64,000 bases of DNA from assembly GCA_963817955.1 (NCBI GenBank), contig CAWFQK010000001.1, positions 96,001 through 160,000 on the forward strand. The letters are read 5' to 3'. The stretch comes from an uncultured Gemmatimonadaceae bacterium (GTDB lineage Bacteria; Gemmatimonadota; Gemmatimonadetes; Gemmatimonadales; Gemmatimonadaceae). Positions 29,794 to 40,186 of this stretch are shown in pieces. Under the pieces are notes generated by a model. The model did not search any database and was not told the DNA's origin. It saw only the letters and a program-made list of their open reading frames with translations. The translations under genes and the position numbers were made by a program. Each line of letters begins with the position of its first letter. Position 1 is the stretch's first letter.

Positions 29794-30045
29794 ATGACTC
29801 GCTGGCTCACCCTGACGCTCGGCCTCGCATGGCGAGGAATACGACACCCGGCAACCGGCTTGGCGCTGGTGCGCGTCGGCTGGAGATTTCGCCGTCGGGA
29901 CTGGTACAAGCGTCCCCCGTTCCTGCCCCTTCCGGCGCGCGCATACGTCCGCTGGCGAATGTACACCGCGTACGGTGACGAGCACTTCGTGCCGCCGCCC
30001 GAGGACGTCACCCGGTACGCGCGCTGGGCAGTTCGCACGCCATGA
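29794..30045 (+). CDS. Small hypothetical protein
   Basis: 83-aa Trp/Arg-rich ORF coupled to queG by an ATGA overlap. Confidence 0.7.
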   Translation: MTRWLTLTLGLAWRGIRHPATGLALVRVGWRFRRRDWYKRPPFLPLPARAYVRWRMYTAYGDEHFVPPPEDVTRYARWAVRTP

Positions 30046-31187
30046 CCGCCGCGCCGGGCGCCGAGCAGTCGCTTGAGACGCTCATCAAGGCGCAATCCCA
30101 TGGCCTCGGATTCCAGCTCGTCGGCATCACCGAACTGGGGCCGGTGGAGACGGCAAACGCCTTCGATGCATGGATCGACCGCGGCTACGCCGGCGAGATG
30201 TCGTATCTATCACGAGGCGCCGAGAAGCGGCGCGACACGCGGCTACCGTACGACGGCGCCACACACGCAATAGTCGTCGCGCTCGACTACGGCGGCGCGG
30301 AGCCGAGCGGACCCGTGGCGCGCTATGCGCGCGGCGACGACTACCACGAGGTAATGACCGAGCGCTTGCATGCGCTGCATGAGTGGATCGAACAGCGCGT
30401 AGGACATGAAGTCCGCGGCAAAGCCTATGTCGACACCGGCCCGATTCTGGAACGCGATCTCGCTCGGCGCGCTGGACTCGGCTGGTTCGGCAAGAACACG
30501 ATGCTGATCAATCCGCGCGCCGGGTCGTTCTTCTTTCTCGGAGCGCTGCTGCTGGATCTCGAGCTAGAGACCGATGCGCCGTTCGAGACCGATCACTGCG
30601 GAACCTGCCGGCGGTGCCTGGATGCGTGTCCGACCGGCGCATTGGTCGAACCCCATGTGCTCGATTCCACGACGTGCATCTCGTATCTCACCATCGAGTT
30701 GAAGGGAGCGATACCGGAGGGGCTGCGGGAGGGAATCGGGGAGTTGGTGTATGGGTGCGACATCTGCCAAACCTGTTGCCCCTGGAACGTCAGGTTCTCC
30801 AAAGAGCTGCCTGACGGCTCGCGGTTTCGCCCTCGCGAAGTGCTGCGAGACAGCGATGCAGGGACGCTCGCGCGGGAACTGTTAGCCATGACTCAAGAGG
30901 AGTTCAGCCGCGCCTTCAAGGACTCGCCGATGAAACGTGCGAAGCTGCGCGGGTTGAAGCGCAACGCGGCGGTGGTGCTCGGAAATTCGGGATCCGAAGC
31001 CGACGTGGACGTGTTATTGGCCGCACTGGATGATCCCGAGCCGCTGGCGCGTGCGCACGCGGCGTGGGCGCTCGGCCGCGTGAGAGCTTCTATAGCCGCG
31101 GCTCGCTTGCGTGAACGCTTGGAGCTCGAGGCCGGAGAATCCGTGCGTGATACGATCCGCGCGTCCTTGGCGGTCTTGGACGGCTGA
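30042..31187 (+). CDS. queG: tRNA epoxyqueuosine reductase
   Basis: ARYARGDDYH, YVDTGPILER, GWFGKN, CGTCRRCLDACPT, CISYLTIE, GCDICQTCCPWN and a HEAT tail. Confidence 0.97.
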   Translation: MTAAPGAEQSLETLIKAQSHGLGFQLVGITELGPVETANAFDAWIDRGYAGEMSYLSRGAEKRRDTRLPYDGATHAIVVALDYGGAEPSGPVARYARGDDYHEVMTERLHALHEWIEQRVGHEVRGKAYVDTGPILERDLARRAGLGWFGKNTMLINPRAGSFFFLGALLLDLELETDAPFETDHCGTCRRCLDACPTGALVEPHVLDSTTCISYLTIELKGAIPEGLREGIGELVYGCDICQTCCPWNVRFSKELPDGSRFRPREVLRDSDAGTLARELLAMTQEEFSRAFKDSPMKRAKLRGLKRNAAVVLGNSGSEADVDVLLAALDDPEPLARAHAAWALGRVRASIAAARLRERLELEAGESVRDTIRASLAVLDG

Positions 31188-31353
31188 TCAACGTCGAGAT
31201 CGAACTGCGGTGGGTGTGACTCAGCGCGGTCTATCGTAATTCCAACGCACGCTCTTTCGTAAAACGTAGCGCGGCCTACTGTAATCCGGCGTCGTTAGCA
31301 CGAGCTTCAGTCGTCGGACGCCGGGAGAGCTGGGGCAGCGCGTGCGACTCCGG

Positions 31354-32377
31354 CTATGAAGCGGACGGCGACCAGTTCTCTGGCAGGAGCGGCGGCGGAG
31401 TCTGGCTCAGATCTTCGAGTCCGTAGACCTCGACCCATCGTCGAAAAAACGGATCGTCAAACGCGCGAACGCCGGGGCTGACAGCGACCAGAATCTCCTG
31501 ATCTATGAGGTCGGTGCTCGCGCGGTGGACCGTCGACTTCGGTCCCAGGTGGAATCGCTCGAGCGTCTCGGCGCTCAAGAGCGGGGTGGCCGGATCGCAC
31601 GCCACCACGAGGAGTACACGTTGCTCGGTTTCTCCAAGGCGCGACCACTGACGTTGATGAAGCGGGGCCTGCTCTCGGACAAGGGCTTCCATCGCCTCGA
31701 CAACATCGGTTTTGGTGGCGACGCGGCGTTCGCGGCTGAGATCCCAAGTGACGCGCGCCAGCTGCACGATGTCACGCGTGCGCGGGGCGGTGAGCCGGCA
31801 GATCGCGGCCGCGGCGATGACGTCAAGTTGCACCCCGGTGGCTGCGGCGCGCTCGACGATCCACGGGATCATGAGTGTCTGCGGGATCTCACCCATGTGA
31901 AGCACGTCGGAGGCTTTCCAGAGACCGACCTTGCGGTTCTCCAGCATCTGCTCGATGACGCTTCGCTCGGAGCCGGCGCAGACGTACGAGATGCGACGAT
32001 GGCGCTCGAAGATCTCTTTGAGCGGCCAATCGATCGCCGTATTGGTTAGGGCCGCGAGGCGTTGAAACTCATCGAGGGCGAGTCCGAGTGTGAGGTCGCG
32101 TTCGGTGAGTTCCTGCTCCACCGCGTCGAGCACTTCGGTGAAGAAGCGAAGATCCTCGGCCGGGGTCCCGGTCGGTCGTACCGCGATGCCGAAGGAAGCG
32201 TTCCCAGTCGCGTCGAGGTTGGGGGTCAGGGTGACGGCCCCGCGAAGTCGTCCAGCGATTCGCGCGAGGGCGTCGCGCCAGCGGCCACCGATCTCCTTGT
32301 GGACGGCAGCCAGGAGGCGTTGCGATGCGGCGGAACCCGATGTGGCCGCCTTTGCAGCCATGGTTACCTCGGTTCAT
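31354..32377 (-). pseudogene. AAA-family ATPase with C-terminal wHTH, N-terminally deleted
   Basis: Walker B-like LALDEFQ, CAGS and C-terminal DPFFRRW are present, but there is no Walker A in any frame upstream. Confidence 0.7.
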
Positions 32378-32385
32378 AAATCGTG

Positions 32386-32458
32386 GTCCCGAAATATGGG
32401 ACTAGCGCGGGCGACCCGTAGGAGTCGGTTCCATATTCTGGGACCCACATCTTGGGAC
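32386..32458. promoter_or_regulatory. Three related 17-bp imperfect palindromes (putative operators)
   Basis: GTCCCGAAATATGGGAC at 32386, GTTCCATATTCTGGGAC at 32428 and GACCCACATCTTGGGAC at 32442, directly upstream of the ATPase gene. Confidence 0.6.
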
Positions 32459-32540
32459 CGGCCGCTGCGGTGGAACTCACGGAGTTTATTGCCCACCGAC
32501 CACGTGAGCGACACGACGACATCAGTCCCGCGCGCCCCGT

Positions 32541-32580
32541 TCGGGCCGCCAGTCATCGGGCCGCCAGTCATCGGGCCGCC
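32541..32580. repeat. 15-bp tandem duplication (2.7 copies)
   Basis: TCGGGCCGCCAGTCA twice, then TCGGGCCGCC. Confidence 0.9.
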
Positions 32581-32982
32581 GGCGAGCCTACGGGCACGCA
32601 CCTCGTGGGACTACCGCTCCGGTCGCGAGTTCCGCTTCCGCGCTCCGCGGGGAGTTCGGGGCGTTGCGAAGATGGACGTCCGCCTCAACCTCGAGTTGAT
32701 GGTCCTTCGCGGCCTCCACCGCGTCTTTCACCTCCGTGAGCTGCTGGGCCAGAGCGTCCTGTTTGTCTCCGCTTGATGGATTGGATTGACACAGCAGCCG
32801 CGATCCGGGACAGCCAGTGATAAGCGTTCTCGCACTTTGTGACTTCCGCCTTCGCCTGCTCAGCTGGCTGGGCGGCCGCCCGTCGAAATCGTCGCCCGCG
32901 CTTGCGTATCGGCGGAAGTGGTGCAACCCTAGAGCATGTGCCGCTTCGACGCGGTGCGACAATCACGAAGGCAGGAGGCAGA

Positions 32983-33225
32983 ATGCGGAGCGGATCACTC
33001 GCGTTTGCTGCGTTCATGGCGGGACCCACGGGGCGGCTGCTCCGCATTATCATCGGCATCGCGCTCATCGCGTGGGGCTGGTCGATGCGTTCACAGACGA
33101 TGGGCATCGCGCTGATCGTCGTCGGCTTCGCTCCGCTTCTCGCGGGAATCTTCAACGTGTGCCTCATCGCGCCCCTCATCGGCGCGCCGTTCTCCGGCCG
33201 CCGGGCGCGCACGACGACGCCCTGA
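32983..33225 (+). CDS. YgaP/DUF2892-like small membrane protein
   Basis: GGAGG RBS. FMAGPTGRLLRIIIG..PLLAGIFNVCLIAPLIG with two TMs and the conserved Cys. Confidence 0.85.
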   Translation: MRSGSLAFAAFMAGPTGRLLRIIIGIALIAWGWSMRSQTMGIALIVVGFAPLLAGIFNVCLIAPLIGAPFSGRRARTTTP

Positions 33226-33254
33226 TCGCGGGGAGCGCGCCAGTCGTAGCCGGG

Positions 33255-33700
33255 CGGCCATCACGCTCGTACCGGGGACCGGACGCTGGACGTCGAACTG
33301 GCCGGCGCCCGCGCGGCGCAGCAGGCCCAGCGCCACCAGGTCCGAAATGGCGCGGGAAAACGTCTCAGGCGCCATACCGAGCGCCTCGGCGACGTCATGG
33401 GAACCCGCAGGCGAGCGTCGCTCGGTGTTCCGTCGTCGGAAAGAGGAGCCCGAGAAACGCCGAGGCAACGCGACTCCGCGCACCCGGCACGGAAACTGTC
33501 TGGATGACGTCGAATGCCTCGCGCAGTCGGCGCCCGAGCAGCGTCACCAGTTGAATGGCGAGCGATGGCTCGGCGGTCAGCAGCCGCTGGAACACACTCC
33601 GTGGCATGATTCCGCTTCCACGGGCTCCGTGGCCTGCGCGTGGGCGGGATACGGACCGCCGTCGAGGAAGGGCAGCAACTGGTGGAGTCCCGTGCCGATG
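33255..33700 (-). pseudogene. Crp/Fnr family regulator remnant
   Basis: Fragments in three frames: LPFLDGGPYPAHAQATEP, MPRSVFQRLLTAEPSLAIQLVTLLGRRLR, and VAEALGMAPETFSRAISDL (HTH). The N-terminus is missing. Confidence 0.8.
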
Positions 33701-33740
33701 TCGGGCTCCTCCAGCACATTCTCGCCCGTGGAAGCACCTG

Positions 33741-34646
33741 TCACGGGCATGCCGCGGGCGCAGACGGCGTGCACGCGTCGTCGAGCTCCACGATCTCGAT
33801 TTGCAGCGTGGGATGCGTGATCTCGAAACGGTCGTGAAGCCCCTCGGCCGCGGCGGCGAAGAACGCCGGTTCGGGATACCCGCCAGGCATCACGAGATGC
33901 GCGGTGAGCGCCGTGCCCGACGTGCTCGTCGCCCAGACGTGGAGATCATGCAGGGCTTCGACACCCGGCAGCGATCGCAGATACGCGTCCACCTCGTCGA
34001 GCGCGATCTTATCCGGCACGCCGTCCATCATGAGGTGCACCGATTGCCGAAAGAGCGACCACGTGCCCACCACGATGAGCACGGCGATCGCCAGGCTGAT
34101 GATCGGGTCGAGCCATTCCCAGCGGGTGGCAAGGTACACCGCGCCAGCCGCCACGACGCCCAGCGAGACCACGGCGTCCGACATCATGTGCAAAAAGGCG
34201 CCACGAATGTTGAGGTCGCGCTTGCGTCCCGACAGGAACAGCAGCGCCGACGCGCCATTCACGACGACGCCGATCGCGGCGACCACCATGACCGTGGCAC
34301 CGTGGATCGGCTCGGGCGCGCGCAAGCGGTGCACGGCTTCCCACATCAGCGCGCCCATGGCGACGAGCAGCAAGAGACCGTTCCCCAGACTCGCCAGGAT
34401 TGAAGCGCGCTGCCAGCCATAGGTGTGGCGTGCGTTGGGCCGCAAGCCCGCCGCGAGCATGCCGCCCCACGCCAGCACCAGCCCAGCAACATCGGTCAGA
34501 TTGTGCCCGGCCTCGGACAGGAGGGCCAGCGAGTTGGCGCGCCAGCCGAAGACCGCCTCGACGACCACAATGATCACGTTGAGCGCGATCGCCAGGGTGA
34601 ACGCGCGGCCGCGGCCGTTGGACCCGACGTCGTGGGTGTGGGTCAC
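33741..34646 (-). CDS. Cation diffusion facilitator (CzcD/ZitB-like)
   Basis: SLALLSEAGHNLTD, NIRGAFLHMMSDA, HDLHVW and HPTLQIE. GTG start at 34646. Confidence 0.93.
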   Translation of the reverse strand: MTHTHDVGSNGRGRAFTLAIALNVIIVVVEAVFGWRANSLALLSEAGHNLTDVAGLVLAWGGMLAAGLRPNARHTYGWQRASILASLGNGLLLLVAMGALMWEAVHRLRAPEPIHGATVMVVAAIGVVVNGASALLFLSGRKRDLNIRGAFLHMMSDAVVSLGVVAAGAVYLATRWEWLDPIISLAIAVLIVVGTWSLFRQSVHLMMDGVPDKIALDEVDAYLRSLPGVEALHDLHVWATSTSGTALTAHLVMPGGYPEPAFFAAAAEGLHDRFEITHPTLQIEIVELDDACTPSAPAACP

Positions 34647-34775
34647 GACGCGCCGCCGCGCAGATGGAATTTCATGATCGGCGCCACGCGCTCGATCCCC
34701 TTGATCATGCAGGCCGAGAGCGCGGCGGGCGGCGACGTCGAACGTCATCTTCGTCGCGACCCGGGCGCCCATCAT
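34643..34775 (-). pseudogene. OsmC-family gene remnant (internal deletion and truncation)
   Basis: MTFDVAARR is followed, in another frame, by AALSACMIKGIERVAPIMKFHLRG. I recall this as the OsmC-like gene that accompanies arsP-thioredoxin clusters. Confidence 0.6.
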
Positions 34776-35017
34776 GACACCGTCTGCTTCAACCAGCCTT
34801 CCACTTTCGCGCGGCTCGGCACACCGCCGGCATGCACCACCGCGCCGTCGATCACGACGCCCGGCGTCGACAGGATGCCGTACGCCATGATGTCCTTGAT
34901 GTCCTCCACCTTCTCCAGCTCGATGGCGACACCGGTCTCCCGCGCCACCGTTTCGAGCAGCTTGATCGTGTTCCGGCAATTTGCGCAACCGGTCCCGAGC
35001 ACTTTGACATTCGTCAT
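34772..35017 (-). CDS. Small thioredoxin-like redox protein (MTH895-like)
   Basis: KVLGTGCANC..STPGVVIDG, with a CAGGAG RBS. Confidence 0.92.
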   Translation of the reverse strand: MTNVKVLGTGCANCRNTIKLLETVARETGVAIELEKVEDIKDIMAYGILSTPGVVIDGAVVHAGGVPSRAKVEGWLKQTVS

Positions 35018-35037
35018 GATTATCTCCTGATGCCTGT

Positions 35038-36087
35038 TCACAGCACTGCGTTGAACACGTAGCCGACGACGAGGATGCCCGCGGCGACCACGCCCACGAA
35101 GGTCGCGATCAATCGGATCTTGAGGACCTTGCGCAGGATCACCATCTCCGGAAACGACAACCCGATCACGCTCATCATGAACGCGAGCACCGTCCCGAGC
35201 GCCGCGCCCTTGGCGAGCAGCGCCTGCACGATCGGAATGACGCCGGCCGCGTTGGTGTACATCGGCACGCCGACCAGCACCGCAAGCGGCACCGCCCACC
35301 ACACGTCCCGCCCCATGAACGAGGCCATGAACGATTCGGGCACGTAACCGTGGATCACCGCGCCGATCGCGATGCCGGCAAGGATGTACGGCCAGACTTT
35401 GCCGACGATCTCGCGCACGGCGACGAATCCCGCCGCGACGCGCTCCGACAGCGTCAGACGATCGTGTCCCCCGCCATCGTGCACCGCCACCCGTGGCATG
35501 GCGCGCACCCAGTCTTCGAGCGACGACTCCATCCTGAGCCGCCCAATGACCCACCCGGCCACGATGGCGATCGACAATCCAAGGCCGAGATAGAGCAGCG
35601 CGATCCGCCAGCCGAAGAGCCCGAGCAGCAGCGTCAGCGCCACCTCGTTGACCATCGGCGCCGCGATCAGGAACGAGAACGTGACGCCCAACGGCACGCC
35701 CGCCTGCACGAAGCCAATGAACAGCGGCACCGCCGAGCACGAGCAGAAGGGCGTGACGACGCCCAAGCTCGCCGCCATTACGTTCGCGACGCCCTCCGCG
35801 CGCCCCACGAGCAATGCGCGGGTCCGCTCAGGTGTGAAGTAGGAGTTCACCATGCCCATGACGAACACGATGCCGGTGAGCAGCAGCAGCACCTTGGGCG
35901 TGTCGAAGAAGAAGAACTGGAGCGCGCCGCCGAGGTGACTCCCACGGTCCACGGGCAGTACAGCAACCACGGCCTCGGCGGCCGGCGCGAGCGCGATGTA
36001 CAGGACGACAAAGGCAAGCGCCGCTACGGCGAGAAAGGTTCTCGGATGGTCGCCGGACCAGTCGTGGCGTACCGCGGCCGTCGTCAC
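35038..36087 (-). CDS. arsP: ArsP-type permease
   Basis: TPFCSCSAVP, FLIAAPMVNEV, GVPMY and GLSFPE. Confidence 0.88.
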   Translation of the reverse strand: MTTAAVRHDWSGDHPRTFLAVAALAFVVLYIALAPAAEAVVAVLPVDRGSHLGGALQFFFFDTPKVLLLLTGIVFVMGMVNSYFTPERTRALLVGRAEGVANVMAASLGVVTPFCSCSAVPLFIGFVQAGVPLGVTFSFLIAAPMVNEVALTLLLGLFGWRIALLYLGLGLSIAIVAGWVIGRLRMESSLEDWVRAMPRVAVHDGGGHDRLTLSERVAAGFVAVREIVGKVWPYILAGIAIGAVIHGYVPESFMASFMGRDVWWAVPLAVLVGVPMYTNAAGVIPIVQALLAKGAALGTVLAFMMSVIGLSFPEMVILRKVLKIRLIATFVGVVAAGILVVGYVFNAVL

Positions 36088-36458
36088 GAGACCCTCTGCG
36101 CGATCTGACAGAACGGCTTCTCGGCCAGCCGCCGCTGGTAACGCGCCTCGAGCGCGGCCACGCGGTCGTCGGTGAGAAGAGCGCGCACCGCGTCGAGCAC
36201 GAGCTGCTGCTCAGCGGTGGGTTCCCGCGTCACGCGGTAATGCACCCACAGCCCCTCGCGGCGGTCCTCAACCAGACCGGCGGCAAGGAGGTAGCGCAGG
36301 TGACGCGAGGCCTTCGACTGCGTCACGCCGAGGACCGCCTCTGCATCGCAGACACACAGCTCGCCGTGTCGGAAAAGGAGGGCGAGGATGTCGAGGCGTG
36401 TGTCCTCGGACAGTGCCTTGAAGGTCTGGCTGAGATGTCGCATGGCGGGGTTGCTCAT
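36084..36458 (-). CDS. arsR: ArsR/SmtB metalloregulator
   Basis: FKALSEDTRL, ELCVCD and QSKASRHLRYL. Confidence 0.92.
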   Translation of the reverse strand: MSNPAMRHLSQTFKALSEDTRLDILALLFRHGELCVCDAEAVLGVTQSKASRHLRYLLAAGLVEDRREGLWVHYRVTREPTAEQQLVLDAVRALLTDDRVAALEARYQRRLAEKPFCQIAQRVS

Positions 36459-36889
36459 GCCATGCAATGGACTCGCTTACGCGAGTACACGATAGCAGTG
36501 GCAAGCCCACGTCATGTCCTGCTTCCGCCGACAGCCAGCGTCAGGCTAGCTTCCCGCCGTGCTGAGGAACTCTACGGCGGGCCGCATGATCCGGCGCGGG
36601 TGGAGGGTCGACGCAGCCGCCCCGGATCGGCGCCCCCAATACGCTAAGTCGGGCCTTCCTTACAGTTCGCGCTCCCGTGGCGAGCGGGATCTCAAAATGG
36701 TTATGGGCCTTCGGCCGCGGGCGCCCGGCGGGGAAAGGTGGACATCGAAGCCGAGGGGGGAAGTGCGAGCGAAGCCAGCGTTCGTCCTCGGTGCCGTCGC
36801 GGTGCGCGGAGCGCCCGCACTTTGAGGTTCACGCAGTACAGGCTCGACGTATGCGCGTCGGGCCGCTTCTACCCTGTTCCACGCCGACA

Positions 36890-37519
36890 ATGACGAGCGA
36901 TCTGGTCCCAATCGCAATCGAGCCTGTTCTTCGCGCCTTGAACGTCGCGGGACTCTCCGTCTTCGCGGTGTCCGGTGCGCTCGCGGCCGCTCGGCAACGG
37001 CTCGACATTATCGCCGCCTGCTTCTTCGCCGTCATCACGGCCGCCGGCGGCGGGACGATGCGGGACGTCCTGATCGGGGCGCCGGTGTTCTGGATGCGAG
37101 AGCCCACGACGCTCGTGATCTGCCTGACCGTGGCGGTCGCCGTGTGGCTGGTGCCAATGCGCTGGTGGCCGACCCGTGCGCTCGACTGGTTCGACGCCGC
37201 CGGCCTGTCCGCCTACGCGGTGTACGGGGCCGGCAAGGCACTGAGCTTCGGCATCGCGCCGCTACCGGCCGCGGCAATGGGGGTCGTGACCGCGTGCATG
37301 GGCGGCGTGGTCCGGGACGTGGTGGCCGGTGTGCCGTCCATCATGTTGCGCAACGAGCTGTACGTCACTGCGGCCCTGCTTGCCGCGGCGCTTTTCGTCG
37401 GCCTGACCTCCGCCGGAGTGCCCGCGCCGGTTGCGTCGCTCGCCGCCGCCGCGATGGGGTTCGCGCTCCGCGGCGCGGCGATCCGCTGGGGGCTGGCACT
37501 GCCCCGCCATCCTGGCTGA
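36890..37519 (+). CDS. TRIC/UPF0126 family membrane protein
   Basis: FAVSGAL, TAAGGGTMRD, DAAGLS and TACMGGVVRD, showing the duplicated halves. Confidence 0.92.
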   Translation: MTSDLVPIAIEPVLRALNVAGLSVFAVSGALAAARQRLDIIAACFFAVITAAGGGTMRDVLIGAPVFWMREPTTLVICLTVAVAVWLVPMRWWPTRALDWFDAAGLSAYAVYGAGKALSFGIAPLPAAAMGVVTACMGGVVRDVVAGVPSIMLRNELYVTAALLAAALFVGLTSAGVPAPVASLAAAAMGFALRGAAIRWGLALPRHPG

Positions 37520-37577
37520 TACCGGCAGTGCTCGATGGTGCTGGGCAACACTGGCGACACACGCGACGCGGACGCGC

Positions 37578-40028
37578 TCACTCGGCGCGCAATGCGCTCG
37601 CCGGATCTGTTCGACTCGCGCGACGCGCCGGCAGGAACGCCGCTAGCACCCCGATCGCGATCAGCAGTGCCGGCGCGCCGAGGAACGCGATGGAGTCGAC
37701 CGCGGTGACGCCGAACAGCAGACTTTCCAGTCCGCGCGATACCAGGGCTGCGAGTCCGAGCCCGAGCACCGCTCCGGTCGTGACGAGCACGACGCCCTCG
37801 CGCATGAGGAGACGCACGACGCCCGACGGCCGCGCGCCGATCGCCAGCCGGATGGCCATCTCGCGCGCGCGCCTCGCGACCGCGTAGCGCACCACACCAT
37901 AGACGCCGATCGTCGCCAGCACGAGCGCCAGCCCCGCGAACAGCGCGAAGGCGACCGCTCCTAACCGCGCCGGAAGCAGCATCACCGCGAGATGCTGCTG
38001 CATCGTCTTTGCTTGAATGATCATGAGCGACGGATCGAACGCACGCAGGCTCGTGACCATGCTCGTCACCGACCGCCCCGCGTTTCCGCGCACATGCGCG
38101 ACGAGCATGAACATCGGCGGCGGATCCTGCGAGAACGCGGTGAACATGAACGGACGCGGCGCCTCGCCCAACGAGCGCACCTTGGTCGTCTTCACGACTC
38201 CGACTATGTGATAGACGTTCGAATCGGTGTGGAACGTGCGCCCAATGGCGTCCTGTCCCGGCCAGAACTTCTGCACCATCGTCTCGTTGACGATCGCCAC
38301 CCGCTCGTGCCCCGGCACATCCGCCGATGTGAACGTACGCCCTCTCACGAGCGTGAGTCCGGCGGCAGAAAAGAATCCGGAGTCGGCGGCTGTGTCGTCG
38401 ATCTCGAAGCCGATGGTTCCCTTCGGCGGCTGAAAGCCGTCGACGTTGACGAGCGTCGTGTTGTTCCCCAACGCGTTGAGGAGCATGTTGCCGATCACGC
38501 CAACGCCAATCACGTCGTTGGAAGCGGCCACGCGGCGCTCGATGTCGGCGACAGCCTGCGCCCGCCGGTCGTCCGGGTAACGGTCGGCGGGAAGCGCCAT
38601 CCATACGAGGCCGGCCGGCGCCGATCCGAACCCGGCATCCACCTTCGACTGCGCGGAAAAGCTCCGAAGGAATAGCGCCGCGGTGATCAGCAGCACCAGT
38701 GACGTCGCCGTCTGAATGACGACGAGCGCGCTCCGCATCGTAAACCGTCGGCCGGGCCGAGCCCCGGCGTTCTCGTTCTTGAGCGTCTCGATCACACCGG
38801 GCTGCGTCGCCTGGAGCGCCGGCACGAGTCCGAACAACACACCGGCAACGACCGACGCCGTGAGGACGAACGCCAACACCCGCATGTCGACGCTCACGTC
38901 GAGGCTGATCGGGAGTGGAATGGGCAGGTCCGCGTGCAGCAGCGCGCTCAACCCGGCGGTCGATATGGCGACGCCGAGTACGCCTCCGGCGATCGCGACG
39001 ATGAGCGACTCGACCAACAGTTGTCGCACGAGTGCGCGCCGGCTCGCGCCGAGGGCGAGACGAATGGCGATCTCACGCCGCCGGTCGCGCGCCTGCGCGA
39101 GCAGGAAGCTCGCCAGATTCGCGCAGGCGATGATCAGCACGAGTGCCACGACCACCATCAGCGCCGTCGCGGCCGGCACCACCACGTCGTCGACGAGCGG
39201 ACTGACCGCGATCTGCGCGAGCGGAATGACCCGCAACACCATGCGCGCCGGCCATTGGTCCGGATGCTCGCGGTGCATATCGCCGACGAACCGATCGACG
39301 ACCGCGCGGGCGCCGGCAAACGTTTGCCCGTCGGCCATTCGGACTTTCACGAAGTATGAATGGTTGCCGCGCTCCGTGAGCTCGTCGCCGGTCGTCGGCT
39401 CGAGTTGATTGGTCATCTGAACCGGCGCGTACAGCGCCGGGGCGAGGCCCGGGAGCAGGCCGTCGATCTGCTTCGGCGCCACGCCAACGACTGTGTAGAC
39501 GCGACCGCTCAACCGCAGCTCGCGACCCACGACGCCGCGGTCGCCGGCGAAGGCGGTTTTCCAATACGTGTAACCCAGCACGACAACGGGATGGCTCCCG
39601 CGCGCCACGTCGTCCTCGCGACCCAGCAGGCGCCCCACGACGGGCTCGAGGCCAATCAACGGGAAGTAGTCGCCGTTCACGAGCTCTCCCGTAAGCGTCT
39701 CGACATGGTCGCCGAGATCGCGCGGAAAGATGCCGAATTTCGACAGGGAGATCTGCGTGAACATGCCGCCGGCTTGCGCGCGCAGGTCCTGGATGTCGGG
39801 ATAGGCCAGCGGCCCCGTAATGCCATGCTCGTTCGCCATGTCCAGTTCGGCGACGCGTTCCGCGTGGACGACGGGCGTTTTGCGCAGGATGATCGCGTTC
39901 ACGAGGCTGAACGCCGCCGTGTTCACACCGATGCCCAGGCCGAGCGACAGAACGGCGATGGTGGTGAATCCGATGCGCGCGCGGGCGCGGCGGAGGGCAT
40001 AGTGGACGTCGCGAAGGAACGAGCTCAT
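37578..40028 (-). CDS. ADOP-type duplicated MacB/FtsX ABC permease
   Basis: RDVHYALR, IACANLASFLL..RRREIAIRLALGA, and C-terminal LPARRASRTDP. No ATPase gene is adjacent. Confidence 0.93.
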   Translation of the reverse strand: MSSFLRDVHYALRRARARIGFTTIAVLSLGLGIGVNTAAFSLVNAIILRKTPVVHAERVAELDMANEHGITGPLAYPDIQDLRAQAGGMFTQISLSKFGIFPRDLGDHVETLTGELVNGDYFPLIGLEPVVGRLLGREDDVARGSHPVVVLGYTYWKTAFAGDRGVVGRELRLSGRVYTVVGVAPKQIDGLLPGLAPALYAPVQMTNQLEPTTGDELTERGNHSYFVKVRMADGQTFAGARAVVDRFVGDMHREHPDQWPARMVLRVIPLAQIAVSPLVDDVVVPAATALMVVVALVLIIACANLASFLLAQARDRRREIAIRLALGASRRALVRQLLVESLIVAIAGGVLGVAISTAGLSALLHADLPIPLPISLDVSVDMRVLAFVLTASVVAGVLFGLVPALQATQPGVIETLKNENAGARPGRRFTMRSALVVIQTATSLVLLITAALFLRSFSAQSKVDAGFGSAPAGLVWMALPADRYPDDRRAQAVADIERRVAASNDVIGVGVIGNMLLNALGNNTTLVNVDGFQPPKGTIGFEIDDTAADSGFFSAAGLTLVRGRTFTSADVPGHERVAIVNETMVQKFWPGQDAIGRTFHTDSNVYHIVGVVKTTKVRSLGEAPRPFMFTAFSQDPPPMFMLVAHVRGNAGRSVTSMVTSLRAFDPSLMIIQAKTMQQHLAVMLLPARLGAVAFALFAGLALVLATIGVYGVVRYAVARRAREMAIRLAIGARPSGVVRLLMREGVVLVTTGAVLGLGLAALVSRGLESLLFGVTAVDSIAFLGAPALLIAIGVLAAFLPARRASRTDPASALRAE

Positions 40029-40070
40029 CGACGGAGGCTCCGGGAGGGGGCGTGCACGGGGGTGGCGAGA

Positions 40071-40113
40071 GCCGTACGAGTCCAGGGCCCTACGAGTCCA
40101 GGGCCGTACGAGT
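40071..40113. repeat. 16-bp tandem repeat (2.7 copies) upstream of the permease
   Basis: GCCGTACGAGTCCAGG, GCCCTACGAGTCCAGG, GCCGTACGAGT. Confidence 0.85.
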
Positions 40114-40186
40114 GTCAGTGCCGGCACGTTGGATGAGCGCGTGGTGGAAGACCCGCGGTCCGGGGCGACGGGCACCCAAGCGCTCG

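Noticed and set aside
31240..31305. Integron attC site at the accessory-region edge
   Set aside because: TTCCAAC and GTTAGCA are not complementary core sites, and there is no integrase or cassette array.
32588..32790. Possible gene fragment (DALAQQLTEVKDAVEAAK on the minus strand)
   Set aside because: It looks protein-like, but it has no start context and no family I can recognise.
36470..36889. Glycine riboswitch or ncRNA upstream of the TRIC gene
   Set aside because: No recognisable aptamer motifs. An Infernal/Rfam scan would settle it.
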